A DNA stretch of 64,000 nucleotides from Eledone cirrhosa (GCA_964016885.1 OZ024749.1:51026001-51090000), one strand, 5' to 3'; counted from the first letter of the stretch, positions 28,423 to 42,370 are shown. A program made the numbers and translations. The notes: generated by a model from the letters alone, not told the origin.

Positions 28423-29034
28423 ACAATGGCGGACTGGGTCTAAAAATAATCGGGTCCACGGAGATGAAGAGAGCCCACCTACATATAGAATGTTATCATT
28501 TAATTTTGAGGTTGAACGTAGGTTTATAATTATTAATTTTCATTATACTTTCGTTGCTGTCTCGGTGGCCTAGTTGTAGGAATCGTAGAGGTTGGTGATC
28601 CAGGTCAGAAGTTCGATCCTGCTCGGGAATAGGGTTCTCGGGAAACCTTTTCAGTCTTTTTCTATGGGATGTAAATTAAAAACTGAAAGACATTATATGT
28701 ACCTCTTGACCAGGATTGAACCCAAGACCAGGGTCTCCACCGTCTCTAGTACCTACCGTTAGGCCAATGAGACAGCTACGAAGGTCTACTGAAAATTCAT
28801 ACTTATAAACCTACTTTCAAAATTTTCAAAAGCAAATGATGTGATGTCGTTGACCAAATGCTTTGCTTTATTGTTGTTTTTTTTTGTTTTTTTTAAATTA
28901 TTCTTTCTCTTAGACTTCAGTTAGTTTTTGAAAGCTAAGCATTGGCCCCTAAATTACTACAGTGGGCCCTGAAATGCTACCGTGGGCCCCCTGAAGCCCA
29001 CTTGCCATTGGGAAACCTGGCAACCTGGTCAGTC

Positions 29035-29039
<5 letters not shown>
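28423..29039. mobile_element. hAT-like non-autonomous element hosting the twin tRNA-like dimer
   Basis: Left end CAATGGCGGACTGG, degenerate right end TCAGTCCACTAC, subterminal GGGCCC motifs. Confidence 0.55.
28508..28830. mobile_element. Convergent twin tRNA-like element
   Basis: Plus unit ~28556-28635 (TGGCCTAGTTG, GTTCGATCC) and minus unit ~28700-28778 (TGGCCTAACGG, GGTTCAATCC); inverted outer flanks GTAGGTTTATAA. Confidence 0.75.
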
Positions 29040-29095
<56 letters not shown>

Positions 29096-29117
29096 TATAT
29101 ATATATATATGTATGTA

Positions 29118-29169
<52 letters not shown>

Positions 29170-30251
29170 GTATGCATGTATATCGCCTGAATCTGTATGT
29201 GTATGGGGTGAGAGACATATAATGTGATCGATTGATAGATTGACAGAGTTGATAGGTGATCAATATGAAAAGTCATCTATATGTGAGTGTGCGTGTGTGG
29301 GTGTGTATGTCTGTGTGTGTGTGTGTGCGAGTGTTGGGGAGTAATTTGTACATGTCTAGCAAGTGACTTTATCAGAGACCGTATGTTAAAACTTATAAGT
29401 AAAATAATTACATCAAGGAAGAGCTTTTTTTTAGCCAATCAAGAACACTCTTATCCCATTAGTGGTTAATATGTTGGTCACATGATTGTACATTCATGTG
29501 TTTAATTACGGGAGTGGGTGGTACTTTTATTTTCTTGAGCAAAACATATTTCTCGTTCAGCTTGCCAACCAGTTCAATGACACCCAACAAATAGCATAAA
29601 CATTGGAAAGACATAGCATAAACATTGGAAACAATGTTTATTTGGTACAATCTGGCCAGCATTTCTTTTCGTTTTTCTCTCTTCGTTCGTTTTTTCATAT
29701 GGACTAATTTTTACACTGTCTTCATGAGAAGAGAGAAACAAGAGAGAATAATGGTAAAGGAGTAATGGTAAAGAGGTGGAGATAGACAGAATGGAGACAT
29801 TATTGACCGGACTGACACAACCGTATGGAATCTGCAGTCACAAGTGACGCAGTTTTAATAATGCTATGAAAAAGTTTCCAAGTGTAGTTCTTTATCCCCG
29901 TGAGACTAACAGTTACATCGCATATGTGAGTGTGTTTATGTATGTATGTATATATGCATGTATGTATGTATGTAGGTAGGTAGGTAGGTATGTATCTATG
30001 TAAGTATATATCTACATAAATATATATGTATGTAGATATATAGATATGTATGTGTTTCTGGTTTGTTTGCATTTATGTCAGTATGTATATATATATATCA
30101 GTCGCGTGCATGTAAAAACATATTTATACATACATGAATATAGATATACGTGAATATAGATACATGAATATAGATACATGAATATAGATATACGTGAATA
30201 TATATACACATATAAACATATGTATATAAATGTGTATATATACATACACAC

Positions 30252-30338
<87 letters not shown>

Positions 30339-30408
30339 TACATACATAAACATAAATATATATATACATTATACATATATATATATACATGTATACATAA
30401 ATATCTGT

Positions 30409-30444
<36 letters not shown>

Positions 30445-30480
30445 GAATATCAATATATATGCAAGTATATATATAGATAC

Positions 30481-30561
<81 letters not shown>

Positions 30562-31045
30562 TCTATGTATTCGTGTATGTATAACAGCGTACATTATGTG
30601 CGTACGCATATATTGAATGCCTTGTGGGTGCATATATGCGTATAAACTTATACACAAATGTGAGATATTTTCGGGGGGGGGGGGGTTACCATAAATATAA
30701 ACGACGTCATATACAAGCTAGAGAAAATGCTTTACTTCACAGTATATGTCATAATAAATTGTTAATATATTTGGTTTAATTTTCAGTATATGCCACAATA
30801 AATTCTGCATATATTTCAGGGGTCTTTTTACTTCGTTTTTTTTTTCCTTTTTTTCAATAGGGAACCAATAGACACTGCCAAAATTTCAACGAGAATACTA
30901 TAGCAAGTACAATGACAACAAAAGTAATGAGGAAAATATAGATGCAATAACAATGTATATATATATATATATAATGGAAAAATTTGAACAGGGACAAAAC
31001 AGAGAGGCAGTACAATAAATATATATATATATATATATATATAAA

Positions 31046-31093
<48 letters not shown>

Positions 31094-31513
31094 CCACTTG
31101 CTTTCTATATATATATATATATATATATACATAGAAATACAAATATATATATTTATATATTTGTATTTCTATGTATATATATATAGAAAGCTAGTGGTAA
31201 AACGATAAAAACAAGAGCAATAGAAAACTACAAAATATGATGATGAATAAGCTACGGGATGCTTTAAGAAACAATTCATATTTCTCGGTTTGACACAACG
31301 AATTTTTCATATATATTGTGAGTAATATAAAGTAATAAAAAACATAACCCAGTGATATGTTTAATAAGAAATACTGGCCACATGATAAATTGAACCGAAT
31401 GCTTGAAATAGGATAAAAGTAAGATCCAAGAAAACTGTAACTATATATATATATATATGTATGTATATATATATATGTATTATGAATGTATGATACACAA
31501 TAATTATATATAT

Positions 31514-31570
<57 letters not shown>

Positions 31571-31703
31571 CGTACATATATATAAATACATTATATATAC
31601 ATATATATTCACACATATATACACACATATATATATACATATACATACATTTATACGTATATATATGTATATATATATATAAATATATGTATATATATAT
31701 AAA

Positions 31704-31790
<87 letters not shown>

Positions 31791-31880
31791 GTACATATAT
31801 ATAAATACATTATATATACATATATATTCACACATATATACACATATATATATATACATATACATACATTTATACGTATA

Positions 31881-31930
<50 letters not shown>

Positions 31931-31952
31931 AATATATGTATATATATATATA

Positions 31953-31986
<34 letters not shown>

Positions 31987-32072
31987 CGTACATATATATA
32001 AATACATTATATATACATATATATTCACACATATATACACATATATATATATACATATACATACATTTATAC

Positions 32073-32219
<147 letters not shown>

Positions 32220-32244
32220 TACATACATATATCTATATATATAT

Positions 32245-32333
<89 letters not shown>

Positions 32334-32339
32334 TTGAAT

Positions 32340-32670
32340 GATGAATTATGAGATATTCTCTCGTTCAAGTGTTCTTCCAGTTCCTATTCTACCGCAATGC
32401 TTTGTTTGCTGAACTCCATATTCTATGTAGGATTAGATAGAATCTGTTCGTCGATACAGATCAATCGACTGAAAGCCAGTCATTTAATCTGAAGGATGTG
32501 GGTTCAGGAACTTCAAGGGGTCCTCCGCCCTAGGTCAAAATAATATATGACTATTAGTGGCCCCATTTCCGAGCGCATCGCACAAAAACTTGGCAGATTT
32601 TGCCGGATGAGCTGCAGACGGTTGTTTCTGACCCACTGGAAGGAGTGTTGGAAGACTCTGCCCCATCGTC

Positions 32671-32672
<2 letters not shown>
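32340..32672 (+). pseudogene. RTE-clade LINE, 3' remnant
   Basis: 'GTSRGPPPRSK', 'LPDELQTVVSD' and 'WKTLPHRP' parallel the peptide at 22175-22389. Confidence 0.6.
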
Positions 32673-32703
<31 letters not shown>

Positions 32704-32753
32704 GACCCCTCATAAAATGGAAGAAGAAGAAGAAGAAGAAGAAGAAGAAGAAG

Positions 32754-32800
<47 letters not shown>

Positions 32801-32899
32801 CTAAAACAAATGATGTATTAAAATAGTCTTAAAGTATTTCTCTCTCCCTTTCTCTATCTCTCTCTATCTGTATTTCATAGATAGTCAGACATTTTGATT

Positions 32900-33870
32900 A
32901 GTTTTGTATAATCTACTGGTTATCTATTGGCACCCAACGTAATACGTTTCAGAGCTTAGTCATCTTTATTTCTGTATATAGTGTATGATTTTTAGCCATC
33001 GGGTTTCATTAGTTATTTGTCGCTGCATCTGTTATAAGCATTCCCAAGTCACTTACTATATTTATACAAGCATTCTTTCTATTTTCAATCTCCTCATTTT
33101 AGATATTTTATTTTATATATTTGAATAATTCTTCCTTTCCATTGCTTCGCTGCAAATCTAATACAAAGTACATTAAGTGCGTTTGAGATGAAACATTTCA
33201 TCTTCACAGAAACATTATCGTCTGATGGAACTGATATTTCTATTCAGATTAACTCCCTTTGTTATTCGTTCTTTGTAACATATCTTTTCTACTAGCCCTA
33301 ATCTTTTTATCTGCCTAGTTTAACATAACCCAAAGTATGTCTTCTTTTGTCATTCACTAAGACATTTTCTTGTGTACAATTTTGCAGCCTCTCTTCTCTT
33401 GGTACTTGACAATAGTGGCATAGATTTTAACATATAAAATCTCATAATTTTCTCATACCTGTAAATGTATTTTGTCAATATTCTACAGGTGTTCTTGGGT
33501 TTGGTAGGATGGGTTTTTTTCTGTTTTGCTATATACTCTTTTTACCTTTTATTGTTTTGTTTTGTTGTCTTTGGATTTATCGATCCCAACATCGTTGTTT
33601 ACATTCTCAAGGATTTTCTTCGATGTTTATTCGTTGTTGGTATTGACATTGTATTATTTTTTTTTTTTTAAATGTTTTATTCCAATGTCCGGTACATCTT
33701 TCGCTTTGAGAAGGTTTAGATCAAATTGTCAGCCGATAACAAATTTTACATTGAAGATCGGGCTTATTTTCTCTCCACATTTTATACGGAAATACAATTC
33801 CTTTATATATTTATTGGTTTCAATCATTGCTTTACTACCATGCTTAAAAGTGTTTAGTGAATCACATCAG
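32900..33870 (-). pseudogene. Decayed LINE apurinic endonuclease region (RTE-like)
   Basis: Ordered degenerate motifs resembling GVGF, IMGDFN.K, G.RL..C.EN.L..N..KRR.T, QID and SDH on the minus strand, with many frameshifts. Confidence 0.45.
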
Positions 33871-34350
33871 CCCGAATATTTATATAAGCCTGGTACTTGT
33901 TATATTGATTTCTGTCTGTTGAAACGTGAGGCTGCAAGACATAAAAAAGACACGGCATAGACAAAACCGGATATTTTCGGGAGCTCTTTCAAAAATACAA
34001 GCGCATGTGCACATACAGACACACACACACACACACAAGAAGAGGAAACAGCCGGGCTCACTACTGAGATTCTATCTCATCACTATATATATAGATGCAG
34101 GAAGGTAAAACCCGACCGTGACACCAAGCGATTGCCGCAAGACTTTCAAGAGTGTATGGAAAAGACTTGTGCCAAATACAAGCCAAACTGCATGGCATCA
34201 CAGCCGGGTGTTTAGCTTCCTCTATACCCACTCTGCTTCTTCCCATGCATAGATACTTTCCCGATCTAAGCGCCGTAGTCCTTATATATATATATATATA
34301 TATCAATTGAAACATCGTAACTCTAACGATCTACTGATGAGATGGGACTG

Positions 34351-34415
<65 letters not shown>

Positions 34416-35405
34416 GAGGCTTCTACATACAACATTTACCCTTCTTCCTCTAAGGGAGAGGTCAATATTTCTATAATTATCTTACAAAATTATAGGTTTA
34501 TGCATCTTGTAACTATAAAATTAAAATACGTTGGGGATACGACTTCAAAAGGAAACCACTAACAACATTTAAACACCTTTCTCCCTATTACTACAAGTAT
34601 TTTCTCGACATTTGTTTGAAATTAGCTAAATATTATTTATCGATCACACTCATCAATTTCATTGTTCTCTTTGATTAAAAGATGTCTGTTCACTCAATAG
34701 ATGAATCATCTTTGTGATCGTTTTCTCTTGAGAGACAGATTTACTTATACAGGCCAACCCGGTGAAATGCGACGTATAGAACTAAGGAGATTACTGTCCA
34801 GAGACATAGCAACATTTCCACATTTGATGTGAATTATGAAGCTATAACTGTGGCAAATTAATCACAGGCGCCATCTGCACACAAAAATAACAGTCATGTT
34901 CATGTCGATATATTTAACGTACAGAAGGGAATAGAAGAAAGCCATAACTTAATAACTGATTCCTTAATCAAACTATGACTCATAATTTGGTGAATCTGTA
35001 AAGCCATTAAGGCTTAGAACAAAATGTGTTGCCGCGTTTGTTCTTAATCTCTTTGTTACGGGTTCAAATCCCACTGAAGTCAACTTAGCATTTCATTCTT
35101 ACTGGCGGCTTCATGGTCGAGTGATCGGTGACTAAACTTCCTTCCCCCACCAGACCCTGGTCAGGACATCTCAGGCTTCTGTCTGTTACTGGTACCATGT
35201 AACACAGTACAACCTGCTTCCTGGTCTCAGCATCACAGACTTTATATATACACACACACACACATAGATATATATATATATATATATATGTGGGTGTGTA
35301 TGTATATATATACATATATATATATATATATTTTTTTTTTTTTTAACATATGGATTACATTGAGTTCTTCATGCCGACTAGACCCTACAACTTACCGTGG
35401 ATATT

Positions 35406-35456
<51 letters not shown>

Positions 35457-35460
<4 letters not shown>

Positions 35461-35558
35461 CAAAGAGTGTGTGGTAAGATACTAGAGTACTCAGTACTTA
35501 GGATAGTCAGGACCCCACGGCTGAACTCTAGCCGTTTCGACAGTTAAATCCGAACCAT
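35457..35558. mobile_element. Diverged relative of PLE-end family D
   Basis: ATAAC.AAG...TGTGGTAAGA..AGTACTCA.TACTTAGG..GACCCC.ACGGC.GA.CTC shared with 53165-53280; TA-flanked. Confidence 0.55.
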
Positions 35559-36891
35559 ATATATATATATATGTGTGTGTGTGTGTCTCTGTGTGGGGGG
35601 GGGGGGGGTAAGTAAGTAATGGGGAAGGACAAATCAAGAAATGAACTAATAAAGTGTGTTAATAACTAATAATACTTCTGAAAGAAATTAGTAAACTAAT
35701 CACTTAATTAACCAGTATTTCTACGACTATACTTCAGCTAAAGAAAGTAAGAGTGATAGCAGTCACAATTTATAAAACTTGTAACATTGGCTTCTTTAAA
35801 TCTATTCATTGTTACTGATTGAAAAATAGAAAGAATATGAGACAATAATTTTTTTTTTAATCTTTACGTGGCCTATTTCAACAGAACTATAATCTCATGC
35901 ACTTAGAAAACCTCAAGAATAAAAAGAAAATATAATTATTAATCATTGTCATTTTTTTTATTTTAATTTGACAAATGTGTGTTAACAGATTTTTGTCAGC
36001 AAATATTGAGTACAGAGTAGAAGAGAAAGACATTCATTCAACAATACAAACTGGCTTATCGTGTTACCTATCTGAGTTCTAGCCTTAATTTTGCATGCGT
36101 CGATTTTATTAGATGGAATTTAATTTTGAATGAAAACCTCTACGATTTTTAAGAAAAAAAAGATCGCTATCTTAAGCTACAACATAAAACATCGCTAAAA
36201 TCAGTAGGAATTTGTAAATTGAAGCAAAGATATTCGAAGATGTAATAAAATAAATGTTACCGAGTTTAAATGTACACAATCTAGGGTTGTTTGGTTTTAT
36301 TAAAGCAATATTAAATCAGTAAAAGCAAGACAAAAACGAGAGAATACAAATGAAATCTAAATTACTAAGAAAGTTAAAGTGAGATAGTCACGCGATTTAG
36401 GTCAGAATGTAGAATAGAAAGTAGATAAGTGTTTGTATTATTTTCCTTTCTTTTTCTCAGTTATATTTATGTTTTTTACGCCAATTTACAAAACGAATTG
36501 CTAAACATGGCGATCTTTAGAGGGTATTTTATGTTGTTGTTTTTTTTGTTATTTGGGGGAGAGGGGGTGTTTTTGTTGTTGTTGTTTTTTTTTGTTGTTG
36601 TTTTGGTTTGGTTTTATTTGATGGCCTCATCAGAAAAGGAAAGGACGACAGCCATAATAATTTATCGGGTCTGAATGACTGAATGATAGAAAAGGAATGA
36701 AGAAGAGAACAGTGCATCATGATATCGAGTTACACTCATACATTAGACCTTGCCCAGAATCTTAGCAACACACTGGACTCTGTTGAAGAAACACATGGGT
36801 CAGATTGTTGGACGTCAGATGAAGTCTGCTTTCGAAACGCGTGACATATATATTAATACATAAATAAACACACACAGATATATATATGTAT

Positions 36892-36996
<105 letters not shown>

Positions 36997-37014
36997 CCAA
37001 TAAAAGAATTATGG

Positions 37015-37070
<56 letters not shown>

Positions 37071-37611
37071 CAGGTAGGTAAGTAGGTAGGTAGGGATGAG
37101 TGTATCTATTTGAAGATTGAATTCCGAAAAACTCAGGATAGATAGCACTCGACTTCTCGTACGTTGCTCTACAAATTCTCCCATCTAACACCCTGGACAG
37201 GCCCATTGTTTATTAAACCCGAAAGAATAATAGACGAAATTAACTTCAACAAGATTCGAACTAAGAGCAAAAAGATCGAACACCAATAAAACCGTTCTAA
37301 CGACTCTTCTAGATGTACATTGAATGTTTAAAAGTACATGATTAAATATATCTGTTCAGTGATTTAGACGGTTGCATGATGATATGTGGAAGATTTAACT
37401 CTAATGTCTAAATCTACAATCAAAAGTGTTCCAGCTATGACCAGATATGACCAGATGTTCCAGATATGTTTTCAGACAATGATTTTCTAGGACCTCATTA
37501 TCAAATATGTCTTTGCCCTTTTAAAAGACAGTAGCGTTTAAAAACAGGAAGATTAAAGGCTCTGTCGTTGTTGCTGCTGATAATGCTGTCGTTGTTATTA
37601 TTGGCGTATAA

Positions 37612-37830
37612 GGGCGTTGGATTGGCTGTATCGGTAGAGGGTCGGACGCCATGCTTTGCAGCATAGAGTTACTGACCTTTATGATCTGAGCGCAAATCCC
37701 GCCGAGGTTAACTTTGCCTTTCATCCTTACGGGGTCGATAAAATAAAGTAGCAGTCACGCACTGAGGTCGATTTAATCGACTTTCTCCTTCCTCCAAATT
37801 ACTGGCCTTGTGCCTATATAAGAAACCATT
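37612..37830 (+). mobile_element. CORE-type SINE, full length (long-tail variant)
   Basis: Family consensus plus a GGTCGATTTAATCGACT segment. Confidence 0.9.
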
Positions 37831-38419
37831 ATCGTGGCCATTATATTTTAAGTTTTTGCTTGTTAGATATAGTGTAACTAGGACTGTGACAGCGATGTAT
37901 TTATTTTGCCAGGTTTTTTATATGAAATCCTGTGTTGAAACAGATATTGTTATATTTGGGGAGGATCATGTTGTTAAAATATTGCCAGAAAATATAGCAA
38001 AATATAGTGAAATAACTAGGACCATATTTCTTATATTTCTATCTGTTTGTTTGTTTTTTGTGAGGTGGGTTGTAATTTGGGGGGCTTTTTTAATAGAGAA
38101 TGATTTGGTGGCGGATTATTTAGCTGTTATTTCTAGAAACTCATTGGTTCGACTACGAAACAAATGACTCTCTCGGTGATTTAAATACTGTAACAATAGA
38201 GTAAAGTCCAGTGTTCTAGCATTTGAGATGCTCCACCTCATACTACACCACATAACATAATGTTTATGTGCATCAGCGAAGCTAAATCAACCGAAATGAA
38301 ATCTAATAGTGACATGAACTTATAAATACCTACGTCGGTTCATATATGGACATTAAAGTGTATGGACATTAAAATCATATTATAAATCCATTTACCAAAC
38401 ATACTTCTCAAATCATTTT

Positions 38420-38700
38420 CCTTTATTTATATTTTATATATATTTTATATATATTTTATTTATATTTTATATATATTTTATATATATTTTATATATATTT
38501 TATATATATTTTATATATATTTTATTTATATTTTATATATATTTTATATATATTTTAAATATATTTTATTCACATTTTATTTATATTTTTTCATATTTTA
38601 TTTATATTTTATATATATTTTATATATTTTTTATATATATTTTATATATATTTTATTTATATTTTATTCCTATTTTATTTATATTTTATATATATTTAAC
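38420..38700. repeat. (TATATATATTT)-type AT-rich tandem repeat
   Basis: Direct inspection. Confidence 0.85.
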
Positions 38701-39242
38701 GATTTTTGCAGATGTTTTTTTGTTTTGTTATGTTTTGTTTGTTGTCTGTGTTTGTTTGTTTTTGTGTATTTTTTTTAAAACATCCTTGTCAAGCAAAACT
38801 GATATTTCTAAAAAGACAAAACAATCTTGTTTTATGACCTATTATATTATCAAATTATTATTATTATTATTATTGTTGTTGTCTATTACTTAATGTTTAT
38901 TGTTTAAGAAATACCACACTAAATATTAAGTGTATTTATAAAATGAAATTTTGTATTTATGTAAATACACACGAAACAATATATAATAGATGTAATTTTT
39001 TATTAATAAATTTCAAATAAAATATACATAAAATAAGATTGTTTGTGTGGTTGATGTTAAAGTCAGTCTTTGTATTGTATTTAGGATAACAATAGAATAT
39101 GAACGAGGATAACACGAGGACGAATCTTGGCGTCGAGGACGAGAGTTCCACTAATCACACGAGGGTGGCTTTTCATGTCAGTTATTATGGACAATTCCCA
39201 AGCGCATATGGAATGGTAGAGCTACGGGGAATTCTCACTTAC

Positions 39243-39421
39243 CTCTCCCGAACAAACTCCACAGACGTGGCCAAGCTTGAGCCATCAGTCACGGAACTAA
39301 ATAAAGGTGCACGCCGTATGACGAAATCGTCTGGCTCACACTCGTTCAATCTGTGCCGTTTCTGGTTCTCAGCTGAATCTATCATGATGATCGAACCCCC
39401 GTCGTCCTTAAGCAAGCAAAA
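39243..39421 (-). CDS. Candidate internal coding exon of an unknown gene (FCLLKDDGGSIIMIDSAENQKRHRLNECEPDDFVIRRAPLFSSVTDGSSLATSVEFVRE)
   Basis: High-complexity, GC-richer island; open frame; CAG| acceptor with a weak pyrimidine tract; consensus AG|GTAAGT donor. No recognisable homology. Confidence 0.35.
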
Positions 39422-39830
39422 CTGTATAGTCATAATTTCTCTGGTGGCTAAGGAGATGTAATACGTATAATGGACGCAGAGGTTGAAAGTCTTGATGATA
39501 GGGCGTATTCTCCTAAACCAGCAAGACTATATAGTCTTCCTTTATCTGGTGACTAAGGAGATGTAAGACGTATGGTGGACGCAGTGGTGGAAAGTATTGG
39601 TGATAGAGCTTATTCTCCTAGATCAGAAAGACTGTAGTCTTCCTTTATCTGGTGACAAAGAGATATAATACGTATGGTGGACACAGTGGTTGCAGGTCAT
39701 GATAATAGAACGGCTTCTCCTAGACCAGCAAGACTGTGTAGTCTTTCTTCATTTGGTAACTAAGACTATATAATACATATGACGGGCGCAGTGGTTGAAA
39801 GTTTTAATGATAGAGTGTCTTCTTCTAGGC
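39422..39830. repeat. ~104-bp minisatellite, 4 diverged copies
   Basis: TAGTC... unit starts at 39427, 39532, 39635 and 39739. Confidence 0.85.
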
Positions 39831-39854
39831 TAAGCATTTATCAATTTCTTCAAG

Positions 39855-40128
39855 TTCCAATCGAAGATATTTGAACTCAGAGAGCTGAGAATCGAAACGA
39901 ATGCTATAAAGCATCCGACGTTCTAACGATTCTGACGATTCACCTCCTCGGTGTAAATATCATACAACTAAATCGACACAGTAGATGACTGATAGTATAT
40001 TCTATCGATCTCTGAATGATGAGTGGCAAAGTTGACCTCGGTGGTAGTTGCAATTAGAGAAAAGAGAGTCGAAACAAATACCGCAAAGCATTCTATCCGA
40101 CATTCTAAATTCTCTGCCAATTCAACGA
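39855..40128 (-). mobile_element. Two degenerate CORE-type SINE fragments
   Basis: TTTGAACTCAGA..CCGACGTTCTAACGATTCTG and GGCAAAGTTGACCTCGG..TCTGCCAATTC. Confidence 0.6.
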
Positions 40129-40796
40129 CATATATAGTTAATATATAGGTAATAAAAAATCTATGCTACAGCTCTCGCCTTTCTGAACGCTAGAGACTAT
40201 AACAAATAAACTTAAACCACAACATAGCATCAAATTTGGCTAATGAAACCACGATAATAGAAAACATTATAAAAGATCCTTTCTATGCCGGGCCAAATAC
40301 TACACAATTAGTATTCTACAGAAACAGCAAAACGTGAATGTGAGCGTTCAAAAATCCATATTATATTATTGCTGGTTTAACATCTAGCAAATATAAGCAG
40401 AAACATATACTTTCCAACGAAAATGTACTCACACACTCTTACACACACACACATATACATACATATATCACACACATACAGATAGCACACACAAACTCAT
40501 GACAGAACACACAAAACACAACACACACATATACACACACACACAACACACACACAACACACACAACACACACACACACACAACATATACAGATTTTACA
40601 TACAGATTCATTACAGAAGCACGAAACACAACACACAAACGCACGCACACACACATACAGACACATATATACATACACACATACATGCATACACACATAC
40701 ATACGTTCTGAGTTCAAATCCCGCCAAGGTCAAATCTTCCTTTCATCGTTCCTGGGTCGATAACATAAATTATCAGTTAATGTTTTGTTTCACGAT

Positions 40797-41060
40797 CGAC
40801 AAGGTCCCAGACCTCAATTACTTAACGTCTGGACCGACAAGATCCCAGACCTCAATTACTTAACGTCTGGACCGACAAGATCCCAGACCTCAATTACTTA
40901 ACGTCTGGACCGACAAGATCCCAGACCTCAATTACTTAACGTCTGGACCGACAAGATCCCAGACCTCAATTACTTAACGTCTGGACCGACAAGATCCCAA
41001 ACCTCAATTACTTAATGTCTGGACCGACAAGATCCCAAACCTCAATTACTTAACGTCTGG
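40797..41060. repeat. 38-bp tandem repeat x7, inside a split SINE (40703-40778 ... 41185-41215)
   Basis: GACAAGATCCCAGACCTCAATTACTTAACGTCTGGACC repeated head to tail. Confidence 0.92.
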
Positions 41061-41374
41061 GGGGAAACTCGTCAAATCGGATAAAGGAAACAATGTGTCC
41101 ATTGGGTTTTTTCCGTTTCTAAGTACTTCCCATTGACAAGATATGTACTGGGGTCATTATAATAGACTTTCCTCATTCGTTCAAATTGCTGGCCTTGTGC
41201 TAATGTCAGAAAGAATTATTATCAATAGGAGGAGGGAAGAGAAAAGGATGGGTAAGAGAAAACTGAGGAGAAGGAGAAGGGGTAAGAGGTTGAGGAATGC
41301 TAATAAGATTTGTATTAATTGGAGCTTCGTGTAAAAAGGTATCTGTATAATTGTGTTTAGCATATAATCTTATG

Positions 41375-41412
<38 letters not shown>

Positions 41413-41467
41413 AACATATATATACAAACATATATAAAGATATATATATATATACAAACATATATAA

Positions 41468-41518
<51 letters not shown>

Positions 41519-41525
<7 letters not shown>

Positions 41526-42365
41526 GTGAGGGTTTTTTTACAAAATGAAAACTAACCGAGGTGTCCTACACGAGTGAAAGTATAAAGAAAATAAGATGAA
41601 ATCGAAAATGCAACTGGAGTCTTATTTAAAAAAAATATATATATATTTATTTGGTTCCTTTACCGGTTTCGCAGTTCTTCTGCTTTTCAAATGTAGAGTT
41701 GAGATGGAGGGTCTGTGGTTTTTCTCACATCTGGTTGGTCTCTGAATGTTACTTGTTTTATATGCAAAAAGTGGCTCGAAATGCCAGGTTTTTCGAGAAG
41801 TAATTTGATTGGTTGGTCAATAATTATAATAAATTTCGCGCCAGTTCGCGTTACAAAGTTCTTCAAACAAGGGGGGGGGTGTCACAGGTTGATTTTTCAT
41901 ATAGGAGTGTTTGAATTTCTTTTTACTTGAAAAAAGGAGCTCACGAAGGCTTTTTTTTAATAAGCGTAATTTAATCAAATTACGTTTATTAAAAAAAACC
42001 CTTCGTGAGCCCCTTTTTTTAAGTAAAAAGAAATTCAAACACTCATATATGAAAATTCAACCTGTGACACACACACACACCCCACCCTCCTTGTTTGAAG
42101 AACTTTGTAACGCGAACTGACGCGAAATTTATTATAATTATTGACCAACCAATCAAATTACTTCTCGAAAAACCTGGCATTTCGAGCCACTTTTTGCATA
42201 TAAAACAAGTAACATTCAGAGACCAACCAGATGTGAGAAAAACCACAGACCCTCCATCACAACTCTACTTTTGAAAAGCAGAAGAACTGCGAAACCGGTA
42301 AAGGAACCAAATAAATATATATTTTTTTTTTTTAAATAAGACTCCAGTTGCATTCTTGATTTCAT

Positions 42366-42370
<5 letters not shown>
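41519..42370. mobile_element. PLE-end family C giant palindrome
   Basis: Arms ~41593-41972 and 41977-42369 with a 4-nt loop; tail 41519-41592; (TA)n on both sides. Confidence 0.9.
42264..42305 (+). ncRNA. Hammerhead-like motif, U3-A8 core variant (family C); mirror copy 41656-41697 (-)
   Basis: UCUACUU-UUGAAAA-GCAG AAGAA CUGC-GAAA-CCGG-UA-AAGGA. Confidence 0.65.

Noticed and set aside
34308-34352. GAAACAUCGUA...CUGAUGA near a TA tract
   Set aside because: No closing helices; truncated.
35100-35240. Short minus-strand ORF 'KVCDAETRKQ...'
   Set aside because: Abuts a broken SINE and a microsatellite, and loosely resembles an RTE 'RRLRW.GH' region; more likely a LINE scrap than an exon.
40797-41060. 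CRISPR-like periodic 38-bp repeat
   Set aside because: No unique spacers, no cas genes, and a eukaryotic context.
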